Source of the DNA: a virus
DNA: 64,000 nt
IMG/VR virus record: IMGVR_UViG_3300045592_000030
Strand: one strand, 5' to 3'
Positions within the stretch are counted from its first letter, which is position 1; the number at the start of each line of letters is the position of its first letter. Made by a program: the position numbers and the translations under genes. The notes beneath the pieces are model-generated. The model was not told the DNA's origin. It made no database searches and worked only from the letters and a program-made list of their open reading frames with translations. Positions 24,348 through 33,102 of the stretch are shown one piece after another.

Positions 24348-26183
24348 TTATTCCTGTGTAGCATCGGCAATGCCGGTCTTGCTGTTGTCAAGTGTGGTGA
24401 TAGCCTCTCGCTTGATGACCCAACGGAGGTGCGGGTCCCAGTCGTTGAACTGCGAGGCCACCTGCCAGGGTCTTAGCACCAGCTGCTGGGTAGGCATCAT
24501 CTGTAACTGCTTCATCAGATAGCGCGTGCGCATGTCGGTGCCACTGTTCTTTCCCGCCGCGCCGGGGGTGTTGCCGATAAGGGTAGAGTCCAGTCCCATA
24601 GCAAAGAAGATGATGCTTGATATTTCCAACAGTTCGGTCTGCTGTGCATCGGCATTGTTCTTACTGCTGCTTTCTATCTCCACTACCTTGAAGCTGTCGT
24701 GGTCTTTGCCGTCGCTGCCCGAGAAGGTGAAGGCGATAAGGCTCTGTCCGGCATTGGTGCGATGGTTGAGCCAGTTATTGATTTGCGTGAAAAGCTCATC
24801 ACGGAGCTGTGGTTTTGTCTTGATGGCTACTTCCTTGCCCTTTGCACGTTTCTGCTGTGCGTAGAGCGTCTGCTCGTTATAAAGCGAGTTGAGATAATCG
24901 TTGTGAATGTAAATCACGCGGCCAATGACATTAGCATTGCGCTTGCGCGTGTATCGGTCAGAGATGATCGTGGCGGCATATTCATAGACATCACCCGTGA
25001 AGATGCTGTGCCACGGCTGCACGGGATAGTAAGGCCGTCCGCTGGTAGGGTAGGAGCAAGGGAGGATGAAGTGTGTGCGTCGCTGCTCCGGGCTCTTATC
25101 CCTGTCCTCGCGCACATAGCGTTTCATGTCGGCCAGTGGTGTTTGCCAGGTCAGTGCGGGCAAAGCGACGATTTCCTCGTCCTTGATGTTTTTCAATGTC
25201 GTGGGGTCATCATAGAAGCGGTTGGAGAGATACACGTAGTTGATACGTCCGTCGTCGTCCATGCGCTCCAGTCGGCAGAGATGTGCCGGACGGTAGCGTA
25301 TGGCCTGTACCTTCGGCTTCCATACGGGTTCGAGTTTGTGGGTACTATCGTTATAGCTCTGCTGATTGATGTCGAGTTCGGGGAAACATATACCGAGCAA
25401 GTCAATATCACTGCCCAGTTGCAAGGCGGTCAGTCCGTTGCAGGTGTTGTCGCAAAGCTGCTGTATCTCCGGCGCGTCGAGCTGCCAGCGTTCCAAATCA
25501 TTATTATACTGATCTATCTGATTGTCGATGCTGGCAATAAGCGTATCGGTGCTGTTGCCGTTCTGCTCTTCTCTGTTGTCGCCATCGATAGGAAACATCG
25601 CGGCAGAATCGGGATCGTCGGCAACGCCCTGCATTTGCAACTGTACCTTCTCGCGCTGTAAGTCACGGATAAAGCCCTTGAGCAAGACGTTGGCAAAGGC
25701 GTATGGCACATCACCCTCTATCATCGTACCTCCGTTCTGATAGCGCACATAGTGGTACATGGGCTGCGGGCCTTGTCCGGCGAGCAAGTCGGTATTGAAC
25801 TTATGTCCTGCCGCGGTATAGGGAAGCATCGACGTGAGCAAGGCCACCACGTTAGGGATTTTGTTCTGTGCACCCCACGTGATATAGCCTCTGTCCTTTG
25901 TCCCCGCGTTGGCCACCAACTGCTCCGAGCCGCTGGTCTGCATCAGCAAGGGGAGCATACGGCGTTGGCCGGTGCCATCGTCCTGTCCGTTGCTACAACC
26001 GAGTTGTGCGTTGATATACTGTCCGTAGTCGCCACCCGGCATATTATTGTCGTCGTGAGTGTAGTGGTTAGGTGCCACGGCATAACCGGCTTCCAACAGA
26101 TGCTGCTGCACACGGGCAAACTGACTGGTGCCCTTGGCGGTGATCACGCGCCGGTCGGCTAATGTATTCTTTGTGCGTACCAT
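24348..26183 (-). CDS. Portal protein candidate
   Basis: 611 aa, first gene after late promoter copy 3 and next operon after the terminase. Call rests on size and position only. Confidence 0.4.
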   Translation of the reverse strand: MVRTKNTLADRRVITAKGTSQFARVQQHLLEAGYAVAPNHYTHDDNNMPGGDYGQYINAQLGCSNGQDDGTGQRRMLPLLMQTSGSEQLVANAGTKDRGYITWGAQNKIPNVVALLTSMLPYTAAGHKFNTDLLAGQGPQPMYHYVRYQNGGTMIEGDVPYAFANVLLKGFIRDLQREKVQLQMQGVADDPDSAAMFPIDGDNREEQNGNSTDTLIASIDNQIDQYNNDLERWQLDAPEIQQLCDNTCNGLTALQLGSDIDLLGICFPELDINQQSYNDSTHKLEPVWKPKVQAIRYRPAHLCRLERMDDDGRINYVYLSNRFYDDPTTLKNIKDEEIVALPALTWQTPLADMKRYVREDRDKSPEQRRTHFILPCSYPTSGRPYYPVQPWHSIFTGDVYEYAATIISDRYTRKRNANVIGRVIYIHNDYLNSLYNEQTLYAQQKRAKGKEVAIKTKPQLRDELFTQINNWLNHRTNAGQSLIAFTFSGSDGKDHDSFKVVEIESSSKNNADAQQTELLEISSIIFFAMGLDSTLIGNTPGAAGKNSGTDMRTRYLMKQLQMMPTQQLVLRPWQVASQFNDWDPHLRWVIKREAITTLDNSKTGIADATQE

Positions 26184-26205
26184 ATCTTTCTCGTTATTTC
26201 TAAGG

Positions 26206-26240
26206 TAAAGATAGTGTTTCGGGATAGGATATTAGGGACA
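26206..26240 (-). promoter_or_regulatory. Late-promoter-like motif copy 3 (TGTCCCTAA-N18-TATCTTTA)
   Basis: ttagggaca 26232-26240 and taaagata 26206-26213, with an 18-nt spacer. Confidence 0.55.
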
Positions 26241-26279
26241 CGAAAAAGCTCATCAGTGCTTTACTTCATACGCACAACC

Positions 26280-26323
26280 GCAATACTCCTTACTTTCAAC
26301 TGCAATACTCCTTACTTTCAACT
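26280..26323. repeat. 22-bp tandem repeat x2
   Basis: gcaatactccttactttcaact at 26280-26301 and 26302-26323. The 16-mer ttcaactgcaatactc recurs at about 50978-50993. Confidence 0.85.
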
Positions 26324-26330
26324 GCTAAAG

Positions 26331-26379
26331 AGAAAGCTCACAACCGCTAAACTTTGTGTATTGCGGTGGTGAGCTTTCT
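26331..26379 (-). terminator. Long hairpin after the methylase operon
   Basis: 17-nt arms agaaagctcacaaccgc / gcggtggtgagctttct with one mismatch and a 15-nt loop. The downstream T-tract is weak. Confidence 0.4.
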
Positions 26380-26383
26380 GTTT

Positions 26384-26454
26384 TTCTAAGAAATTGAAGT
26401 TGTTTTTCTAAGAAAAGTTCATCGTTTTTCTTAGAAAAGTAAGTTTCTAAGAAA
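26384..26454. repeat. Four spaced copies of the palindromic decamer TTCTAAGAAA / TTCTTAGAAA
   Basis: Copies at 26384, 26406, 26428 and 26445 (spacing 22, 22, 17), most preceded by gtttt. Confidence 0.8.
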
Positions 26455-26475
26455 TGGCGAGCGATAATGATTAAA

Positions 26476-26787
26476 CTACAAAGCTAATAGTGGATTGATA
26501 TAGCGGTCAGCGAAACGGGATTGAACAAAGATTTTCTCCACACGCTTCACGGGTCTGTCGCTGTTCATAATGTTGCTGATGCCCGTGGCCGCAATGGGTG
26601 TAAAGCCTTCGGGCATGGCATACTCACTTACAAAGACGGGCTGTGGTTTGTCCAGACACCAGCCATAGAAAGCGTCGAAATCAAACGAGGAAAGATATTT
26701 CTTCGTATTCTGATAAGGTGGATCGCAATAGATAACACTATGCGGTGGAACAGCTACATTTCTGTAGTCAGCTTGCGAGACGTGCAA
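26476..26787 (-). CDS. Dam-like (D12 class) adenine methyltransferase, C-terminal DPPY half; no ATG of its own
   Basis: SVIYCDPPYQ motif IV. The track start is TTG. The frame stays open upstream through the poly-G tract. Confidence 0.6.
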   Translation of the reverse strand: MHVSQADYRNVAVPPHSVIYCDPPYQNTKKYLSSFDFDAFYGWCLDKPQPVFVSEYAMPEGFTPIAATGISNIMNSDRPVKRVEKIFVQSRFADRYINPLLAL

Positions 26788-27626
26788 AGAGACGGAATGG
26801 CTGATACCCCCCCAAGTCTTTCTAAGCTCTGCAACCTTTCAAGGCTTTCTAAGCTCTCCAACCTTTCGAGTCTTTCTAAGCTCTGCAATCTTTCAAGGCT
26901 TTCTAAGCTCTGCAACCTTTCAAGGCTTTCTAAGCTCTGCAAACTTTGTAAAGACTCCAACCGCTGTAAGCGTTCCAGCCGCTCGATATTCGGGTTGCAT
27001 TCAAATTCGCGGATGTCGCTTGTAGATTTCTTTTTATCTTTCTTGAAATGACAGGAAGCGTAGAGCGGATTGGTCTGCAACACGCGCTCATCGCCATTGC
27101 GCTGCAAAGCTTCTACAACGGAGCCTTGAAAACGTATGCGACGGACATGGATATGGTTGTTGGTATCAGGATGACCGCAAAGCGATACTTTATCCTTAAC
27201 ATAGTCGCATATTTCCGGACAGAGCTGCTCCATCATCTGCCATCGGTCAAAGACGACGGCCTCGTGGCACGCACGCTTGTATGGTTCAAGCTGTTGGGAA
27301 TACATATAACTGCGTTGGTCGTTACCAAAAGAAAAGCACAGCCGGGCATACGAATCATGGTCTTTCAGCGAGAAAAAATCCTTGCACGAAATCCACCTGC
27401 GCTCATTGTGAAACTTACCCCGAATGGCATCTGGGAACACCAGTGCGGAGTCGGTGATGTCGTTGGCGATGACCTGCTTGTATCTGCCCGATACCATCGC
27501 GGCATGGCTCGCGGCACAGCCACCGGCAAACAAATCAACAAAGGTATCTGCACCCGGCAATGAACTCATCAGCCAACCAATGACACGGTTCTTACTGCCC
27601 TGATAAGGTAATCCGTAATTTTTCAT
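26754..27626 (-). CDS. Dam-like (D12 class) adenine methyltransferase, N-terminal AdoMet-binding half plus repeat tract
   Basis: YQGSKNR and FVDLFAGGCA (FxGxG) motifs. Ends 20 codons after the poly-G tract. Confidence 0.7.
   Translation of the reverse strand: MKNYGLPYQGSKNRVIGWLMSSLPGADTFVDLFAGGCAASHAAMVSGRYKQVIANDITDSALVFPDAIRGKFHNERRWISCKDFFSLKDHDSYARLCFSFGNDQRSYMYSQQLEPYKRACHEAVVFDRWQMMEQLCPEICDYVKDKVSLCGHPDTNNHIHVRRIRFQGSVVEALQRNGDERVLQTNPLYASCHFKKDKKKSTSDIREFECNPNIERLERLQRLESLQSLQSLESLERLQSLESLERLQSLERLERLESLESLERLQSLERLGGVSAIPSLCTSRKLTTEM
26807..26813 (-). repeat. Homopolymer G7 (C7 on the plus strand) at the frame break of the methylase
   Basis: One extra G would join frame 26754..27626 to frame 26476..26787, giving ...LERLGGGISHSVSLHVSQADY... 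Confidence 0.9.
26818..26952 (-). repeat. 27-bp tandem repeat, about 5 copies, inside the methylase ORF
   Basis: Unit ctttctaagctctgcaacctttcaagg at 26818, 26845, 26872, 26899 and 26926. Encodes (LESLERLQS)n. Each unit consists of three related 9-mers. Confidence 0.9.
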
Positions 27627-27940
27627 GCTGAATAAAATCTTGTGCCATCAACCTCTATCACCAGATAGTCGTTGATGCGTCGTATCTCGCCACTATTGAC
27701 AAACTTAATCATGTGCTGGCGCACACGGGGAAAGGCTTTCAGACAGATGCAATAACCTTCCTCCAAAACGCCCTGCTGAGTAACATACTTGATATGGAAC
27801 GGCACCTGCTGCTTGTGTCGTGCATCGGCAGGAGCGTTGTAACCTACGGTGTGATGACCCGTCAGCGGATCATCCCATTCCCATTTCTCGATATAGTTGC
27901 GTAGATACTCGAAACTGACTGTTGGATTATTCTTTGGCAT
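27623..27940 (-). CDS. Hypothetical protein
   Basis: 105-aa ORF between terL and the methylase. Confidence 0.5.
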   Translation of the reverse strand: MPKNNPTVSFEYLRNYIEKWEWDDPLTGHHTVGYNAPADARHKQQVPFHIKYVTQQGVLEEGYCICLKAFPRVRQHMIKFVNSGEIRRINDYLVIEVDGTRFYSA

Positions 27941-27951
27941 AATGATAATGA

Positions 27952-29949
27952 TTAGAAACCGCCCGGCATACAGAGGCCGGTAAGGTTGTTACGATAGAAA
28001 CGACAACCGATGTAAAGGTCATCGAAAGCGTCGGTACCATCGGTACGCAACTCTGCGGGAACAGACGATCCATCCACATTGTCGGTACTCAGTTTCTCAC
28101 CCGTCTTGTCTTTCTTGAAAGTGCCCATGACCTGGCGGATGCCGCAATTCTCCATCGCTATCAAGAGACTTTCGTTGTTCTCACGGTTGAAACGAATGAC
28201 CGGATAGACATACCCTGCCAATCCCTCGTTGATGTTCTTATACTTCATGTCGTGTTCCATTGCCTGACCCATATAGATAGGGTTGACCGCCCAGCCATGT
28301 TTACGGAGCTCGGCAATCACGGTGTCCTTGATGTCGGCATTACCGCTGATGGAATAGACTTTCATCTTGGCCGTATGGTTGTAATAGTAAAAGACGTTGT
28401 TGTTCTTAGCCTTGTGAGGTGCATAATATTTATCCCACAGAGCGATCAAGTCCTGCAACATCTGACCGTCCTTGACGAACATACTGCTCAGCACGTTCAT
28501 GGCCTCTACGCTATCACGGCGATACATCTGCGCCGTTACTATCCAGTTGATTTTCGCGTTGTAGTCAAGGGCAATGTGCAAGGGTAGTCCGTCGATGCAA
28601 TCGCCATCCAACAAACAGTCGTTCTTTAAGCCTAAGTAGTGGAAGTTAGGCGTTTCATATTCCTGCTGCTGTAAGGCACCATTATACACCGTGCTGGCGG
28701 TCTTGACACAATAAGCGTTGTCGATGGCCGGGCAATCCTCACAGATATAACCATGCACATTCTCAATGTCAAGGTTGCAATAAAAGCCGTCGCTCAGTCG
28801 CTTGGGCTTTTGGTTAAGCACCGATATTTGGAACACGAGCGGGCTAAGGTCCCGCTTCATGCGTGCAATATATTCCTTGCCGAGAAGGTCAACGTTGTCA
28901 AGCGTGGATCCGCGATAGACGATGAATGCCGCACAACGCAAATCGTTGATGTGGCGTGCGTACTTCTTGCTGCCACGTATAGCCATCATCTCAAAATGCT
29001 GCTCCTGGGTAATGAGGAACTCGTAATCAAAGATAAGGTCGGCATCGTCAGCATCTATCAGATGATAGGAAAGACAATAGTCCACCATGCCCTTAGTCAT
29101 GTTGACATATTGCCGCGGCAAAGCCTTGAACGGTCCCTCGTGGCGCATCATGGAAACGGCAATCTGCTGGATGCGGTCTTTCGTCTCCTTATCGACTTCG
29201 TGAATGCGGTGTTTGCTATCCTCTGCACGGCGCATAAGCTCGTTCCAGAAGTCCACTTTGTCGGCATAGTCAAACAACTCCTGCTGAATATCGCGGTAGG
29301 TCTTTCCGGCAAACTCACCGGACGGGATTTTCAGGTCGAGTTTCTTTTCCTCCTTTTCAAGCCAGTTGTTTTTATTCGACAAAGATGCATCCGACGTGAA
29401 ACATGTACTCTTGTAGAACGGATTGTTGTTGTTGAAACCATTGATAGGAGACGGGGGGACAATACCCGACAGAGCGGGCATCACTTCCTGGTTAAGCTTG
29501 GTGTAAGGAATGAACTTACACTCATCGATAATCAGCGAGTTCAGGGTCATGGAGTTCACGGATCCGAACACCGCAAGGGAGGCTGAATACCATAGCCAGC
29601 CGTTAGCCATCCACAACATGTTGTCGTAAGATTTTGGTTTCATCACCGGCTTTGGCACCCATTTTGGCGGAATGCCCCAACCGAAATGCACGCCCTCTTT
29701 GAAACCATAGAAACTTTCCATAGCAAAGAGCATGGCGGGAATGGTGCGAGCCCACAGCTGCTTGCGCGACGAACCGCAAATGGCACCCAGACCGCGGGGC
29801 ATGGTCTGCGCTACCTGCCATAGACGTGCGCCCTGGAACTGCGACTTTCCCCAACGGCGACCACATATCGCACGCAAATCACGAGCCTGCGAATAATAGA
29901 GCTTTCGCTGGCCACGGTGCATATAGACATCTCTACGCTTCTGTGCCAT
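27952..29949 (-). CDS. terL: Terminase large subunit
   Basis: Walker A CGRRWGKSQ and Walker B LIIDEC. 665 aa. Confidence 0.7.
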   Translation of the reverse strand: MAQKRRDVYMHRGQRKLYYSQARDLRAICGRRWGKSQFQGARLWQVAQTMPRGLGAICGSSRKQLWARTIPAMLFAMESFYGFKEGVHFGWGIPPKWVPKPVMKPKSYDNMLWMANGWLWYSASLAVFGSVNSMTLNSLIIDECKFIPYTKLNQEVMPALSGIVPPSPINGFNNNNPFYKSTCFTSDASLSNKNNWLEKEEKKLDLKIPSGEFAGKTYRDIQQELFDYADKVDFWNELMRRAEDSKHRIHEVDKETKDRIQQIAVSMMRHEGPFKALPRQYVNMTKGMVDYCLSYHLIDADDADLIFDYEFLITQEQHFEMMAIRGSKKYARHINDLRCAAFIVYRGSTLDNVDLLGKEYIARMKRDLSPLVFQISVLNQKPKRLSDGFYCNLDIENVHGYICEDCPAIDNAYCVKTASTVYNGALQQQEYETPNFHYLGLKNDCLLDGDCIDGLPLHIALDYNAKINWIVTAQMYRRDSVEAMNVLSSMFVKDGQMLQDLIALWDKYYAPHKAKNNNVFYYYNHTAKMKVYSISGNADIKDTVIAELRKHGWAVNPIYMGQAMEHDMKYKNINEGLAGYVYPVIRFNRENNESLLIAMENCGIRQVMGTFKKDKTGEKLSTDNVDGSSVPAELRTDGTDAFDDLYIGCRFYRNNLTGLCMPGGF

Positions 29950-30697
29950 TGTCGTTGTCTCCTATGTTTTCATCATCGGGCATGGGCATTTCCATCTCCT
30001 TCTTGTTTTCCTCCTCGTCATCGTCGTCATCAGCGGAAAAGGTGCCGTCCTCCTGTTCTTTCAGTTCCTTCACCTCGGTAGGCGTGAGGCCGTAATGCCG
30101 TTCAAGACTCTTACGATCCTTTTCAGAAAGGTTACTGCGGCTGTTGTCAATGATGCTGACATCACCCGTAACGTTAAGGTTAGGATTGGCCATACTCTCC
30201 TGCGGATTGTCCTTCTCGTTGAAGTTCTGATATATATCCATATAGATTTTTGCTCCCGACGTAACGCTGCGGTCATTACCCATTTTCATGCCGTGCGACA
30301 TCAGCCAGTCGGCACTGGCCGTTACCTTGATGCGGTCCATCGCACGCGTGGAAACAGTAAGGGTGTTGACAATATAGTTGAGCGTATACACGTCGCTGCT
30401 TATCTCGCTCGGCGTGCGTGGCACACCTTCACGGATATTCAGTGCATCGACATATTCCTGTGCCTCACTGTTGCCCTCTTTGGCCTTGTGAAGAAGCATG
30501 GCATATTCGCGTTTCGCCAATCGACGAAGCGTATCAGACGGGTCTATGAAATGGTCTTGAAGCCACTCCCAATATGCCTCGTAAACAATACGGGCACGAA
30601 AACGCTGTACGGTGGAGAAGTTGATGCGCTGCAAGTCGGCACCCCCGCGGATCCACTGCTCCACACGATGAAGATAGTTGGATGATGGTTGACTCAT
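29933..30697 (-). CDS. Terminase small subunit candidate
   Basis: 254 aa, overlaps the terL start by 17 nt, acidic C-terminal tail. Call rests on position only. Confidence 0.35.
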   Translation of the reverse strand: MSQPSSNYLHRVEQWIRGGADLQRINFSTVQRFRARIVYEAYWEWLQDHFIDPSDTLRRLAKREYAMLLHKAKEGNSEAQEYVDALNIREGVPRTPSEISSDVYTLNYIVNTLTVSTRAMDRIKVTASADWLMSHGMKMGNDRSVTSGAKIYMDIYQNFNEKDNPQESMANPNLNVTGDVSIIDNSRSNLSEKDRKSLERHYGLTPTEVKELKEQEDGTFSADDDDDEEENKKEMEMPMPDDENIGDNDNGTEA

Positions 30698-30706
30698 GGA
30701 TAAAGA

Positions 30707-32104
30707 TTACTTCTTTTGTTTCTTTGCTGCCTTTTTCTGTTCGTAGGCTTTGTTGTCCTCGATGGTCTTGTCAATAAATGGCTGATAGGCTTTTGCCTCT
30801 TCGTCGCCTATCAGTGCGGCTAACTCCTTTAGATTTTCCTGCATACCGGCAATACGCGTCTTGGTGGGCTGTTTGTCGGTACGGCGAAGATACTTGATGA
30901 TAGCATCGGCTTTTGCTTTTCGCTCAGCTGCTGCCTGGCGACGTGCCACGGCTTCGGGATTATTATCATCAATCCACTGGCGTACACTCAGCTCAAAAGC
31001 GGGGTCGGCCTCCGTTACCTTGCGATGATAAGACTTCAAGAGCGACAAAAGACGGACTTTTCCGTTTTCGTCTATCTTGAAGCGGTCTTTCATCTCTTTC
31101 TGATACTGCTCGTCATAGCGCAAACGAAGCCATACCTTTGCCAGTTCCCTATCTACATGCTCATAGACAGTCTCGTATTGCTTGGTGGCATCAGCGGCTT
31201 GCTGAGCATAGACAGCCACTTCCTCAGGCTTACCGCCCTGCTGTGCCATCAGCTTTGCTCGCTCGGCGGCAGCGGTGGCGGTGGCACGCATATTGCGCAC
31301 GTTATCGACATCGGCTTGCAATGATGCCGGCAGCAGCCATTTCACCTGATCAAGATGCAAAGAAGAGGATAACGACATAGCATCAAGAGCGGATGCGCCA
31401 CCATTTATGGAAACATCAGCATCGTTGCTAACATGCTCGGTAGATTGCTTGTTTACTTCATTCGTTGATGTTCCCTTTTTGTCGTTGGCGGTATCAGCGG
31501 ATAGGGTAGGGGCTTTTGTCTGTGTGGGGGATGCCGGCGTGGCAGCATCAAACAAAGATGGTGCAATCTTTGCCTCTTCTGCCTCTCGCTCGGCTCTTTC
31601 GGCTGCAAGTTCATCATTGTTTTTCTCACGCGCCTCTTTGTCGGTGATAATTGTCATGCCCAACAATGCGGCTATCTTCTCTTGTGTCCGCGTGTCGGCT
31701 GACTGCAATTCTTTCTTGCATTGTTCGCGCTGCATGGCTTCCTCCTTGGTAGGACGACCACGGCGTTTCCTGCGCTGCAAGGCTGTGATATAGGCATAGG
31801 TCTCGCCATTCACGCCCTGCACAGTCATACCCTTGCTGATTTCATCTTTTATCTGCTCGACATAATATCGCAAACGACTTACCCGGCGACTGTAATCACC
31901 GAGCATTAATGAAGTCTTGGCAAACTTGTAGGCAAACTGAAAAGCGGTAATAAGCTTTAATCCGGTCTCAATATCCTTACGGTCGGATAATTCCCATACA
32001 TCCCCCAATCGCTCCAAACGGGGGAGCGTGTCAGTAGTAAAATTAGAAAAATCCGTTACCCATTTTAATTTTTCATCATCTGTCATATCCTTGTATAGCT
32101 CCAT
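30707..32104 (-). CDS. Hypothetical coiled-coil protein with a basic RRKRRGRPTKEE patch
   Basis: Start moved to ATG 32104 (MELYKDM), because the longer track ORF reads through the promoter -7 box. Confidence 0.55.
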   Translation of the reverse strand: MELYKDMTDDEKLKWVTDFSNFTTDTLPRLERLGDVWELSDRKDIETGLKLITAFQFAYKFAKTSLMLGDYSRRVSRLRYYVEQIKDEISKGMTVQGVNGETYAYITALQRRKRRGRPTKEEAMQREQCKKELQSADTRTQEKIAALLGMTIITDKEAREKNNDELAAERAEREAEEAKIAPSLFDAATPASPTQTKAPTLSADTANDKKGTSTNEVNKQSTEHVSNDADVSINGGASALDAMSLSSSLHLDQVKWLLPASLQADVDNVRNMRATATAAAERAKLMAQQGGKPEEVAVYAQQAADATKQYETVYEHVDRELAKVWLRLRYDEQYQKEMKDRFKIDENGKVRLLSLLKSYHRKVTEADPAFELSVRQWIDDNNPEAVARRQAAAERKAKADAIIKYLRRTDKQPTKTRIAGMQENLKELAALIGDEEAKAYQPFIDKTIEDNKAYEQKKAAKKQKK

Positions 32105-32147
32105 AATCGCTGTATTTTTGATTCCACACAAAACTTTTCTTTCTACA

Positions 32148-32182
32148 CAAAGATACAAAACGGGGGAATTGACTAAGGGACT
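32148..32182 (-). promoter_or_regulatory. Late-promoter-like motif copy 6 (aGTCCCTtA-N18-TATCTTTG)
   Basis: taagggact 32174-32182 (2 mismatches) and caaagata 32148-32155, with an exact 18-nt spacer. Confidence 0.5.
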
Positions 32183-32262
32183 GAAAGTAAAGGTATTCTT
32201 CCCCTATTCTTAACGCCTTTGCCCATCATCCCGTGCGTCGAATTATAATTCGACAACTATAA

Positions 32263-32301
32263 ACAAAAAAAACCGCACCGAAGAAAAATCTCCGGTGCGG
32301 T
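32263..32301 (-). terminator. Strong intrinsic terminator after the capsid operon
   Basis: Minus strand ACCGCACCG-loop-CGGTGCGGT followed by TTTTTTTTG. Confidence 0.8.
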
Positions 32302-32398
32302 ACCCTCTATGCGAGGTATATGCGGGCCTATGAAGCATCTCATTTATGAAACCTTAATGGCTAAGTAATAGTCGGTGCCCGCCTTGGTGATACGTGGT

Positions 32399-32989
32399 TT
32401 AAGCTTTACTTGGGTCTTTTGCTGTCGGTGCTGCTGCCTTTGCGCTTGCGAGCAAGCTGTCCCAACCTTCGGTAGGCTCTTCGACGAACAGATGCGGATA
32501 GACTACTCCGTTGAGCTTTAAGTCCATCTTCATCTGTCGGTCAGAGCTTGCGCTGTCGCCGGTATCGGAGTTGATGCCTCCTGAATCGGCCTTCACCTTA
32601 CGCACCTTATCGTAGAGGATCTGCGAGTTACCGTCAGAGTCGGGGATGATGACAAACACATCGTTGTTGTTCACGGCACGCGCAAACTTACTGGTGGTTG
32701 CATCGACGACCTCGGAAACGACGGTAGCGGTCAAGTTAAAGCCCTTGCGATAGCCGGCGGAATCGCCGACAATCTTCTGCTTCTCATCAGCGGCCTCGAA
32801 CTTATACAGTCCCTTACCTGAATTAAAGATAGGGGTGCTGTATGTATTATCGGTACGGGTCAGCGGAGCTGTAAGGTCAGACTTCAAACCGAAGTAGGCC
32901 ACAGAGCCCATTCCGGCAAAGTTCTCCATACAACTGTTGGCGTTGGTAACGTCCATCATTGTAGGGCATGTTTCTTTAATTGCTGCCAT
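32399..32989 (-). CDS. Virion protein downstream of the capsid gene (decoration or tail-tube candidate)
   Basis: 196 aa, last gene before the strong terminator. Function not resolved. Confidence 0.5.
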   Translation of the reverse strand: MAAIKETCPTMMDVTNANSCMENFAGMGSVAYFGLKSDLTAPLTRTDNTYSTPIFNSGKGLYKFEAADEKQKIVGDSAGYRKGFNLTATVVSEVVDATTSKFARAVNNNDVFVIIPDSDGNSQILYDKVRKVKADSGGINSDTGDSASSDRQMKMDLKLNGVVYPHLFVEEPTEGWDSLLASAKAAAPTAKDPSKA

Positions 32990-33102
32990 AATTATATGTT
33001 TTTATTTGTTGTTACTAAGAATATGTTCTCTTATCAAGAAGCAAGATAGAAGAGAGTAGGAAGGCAAATGCCTGTCCTTGCTCTCTTTATCTGGGGGCTT
33101 GT

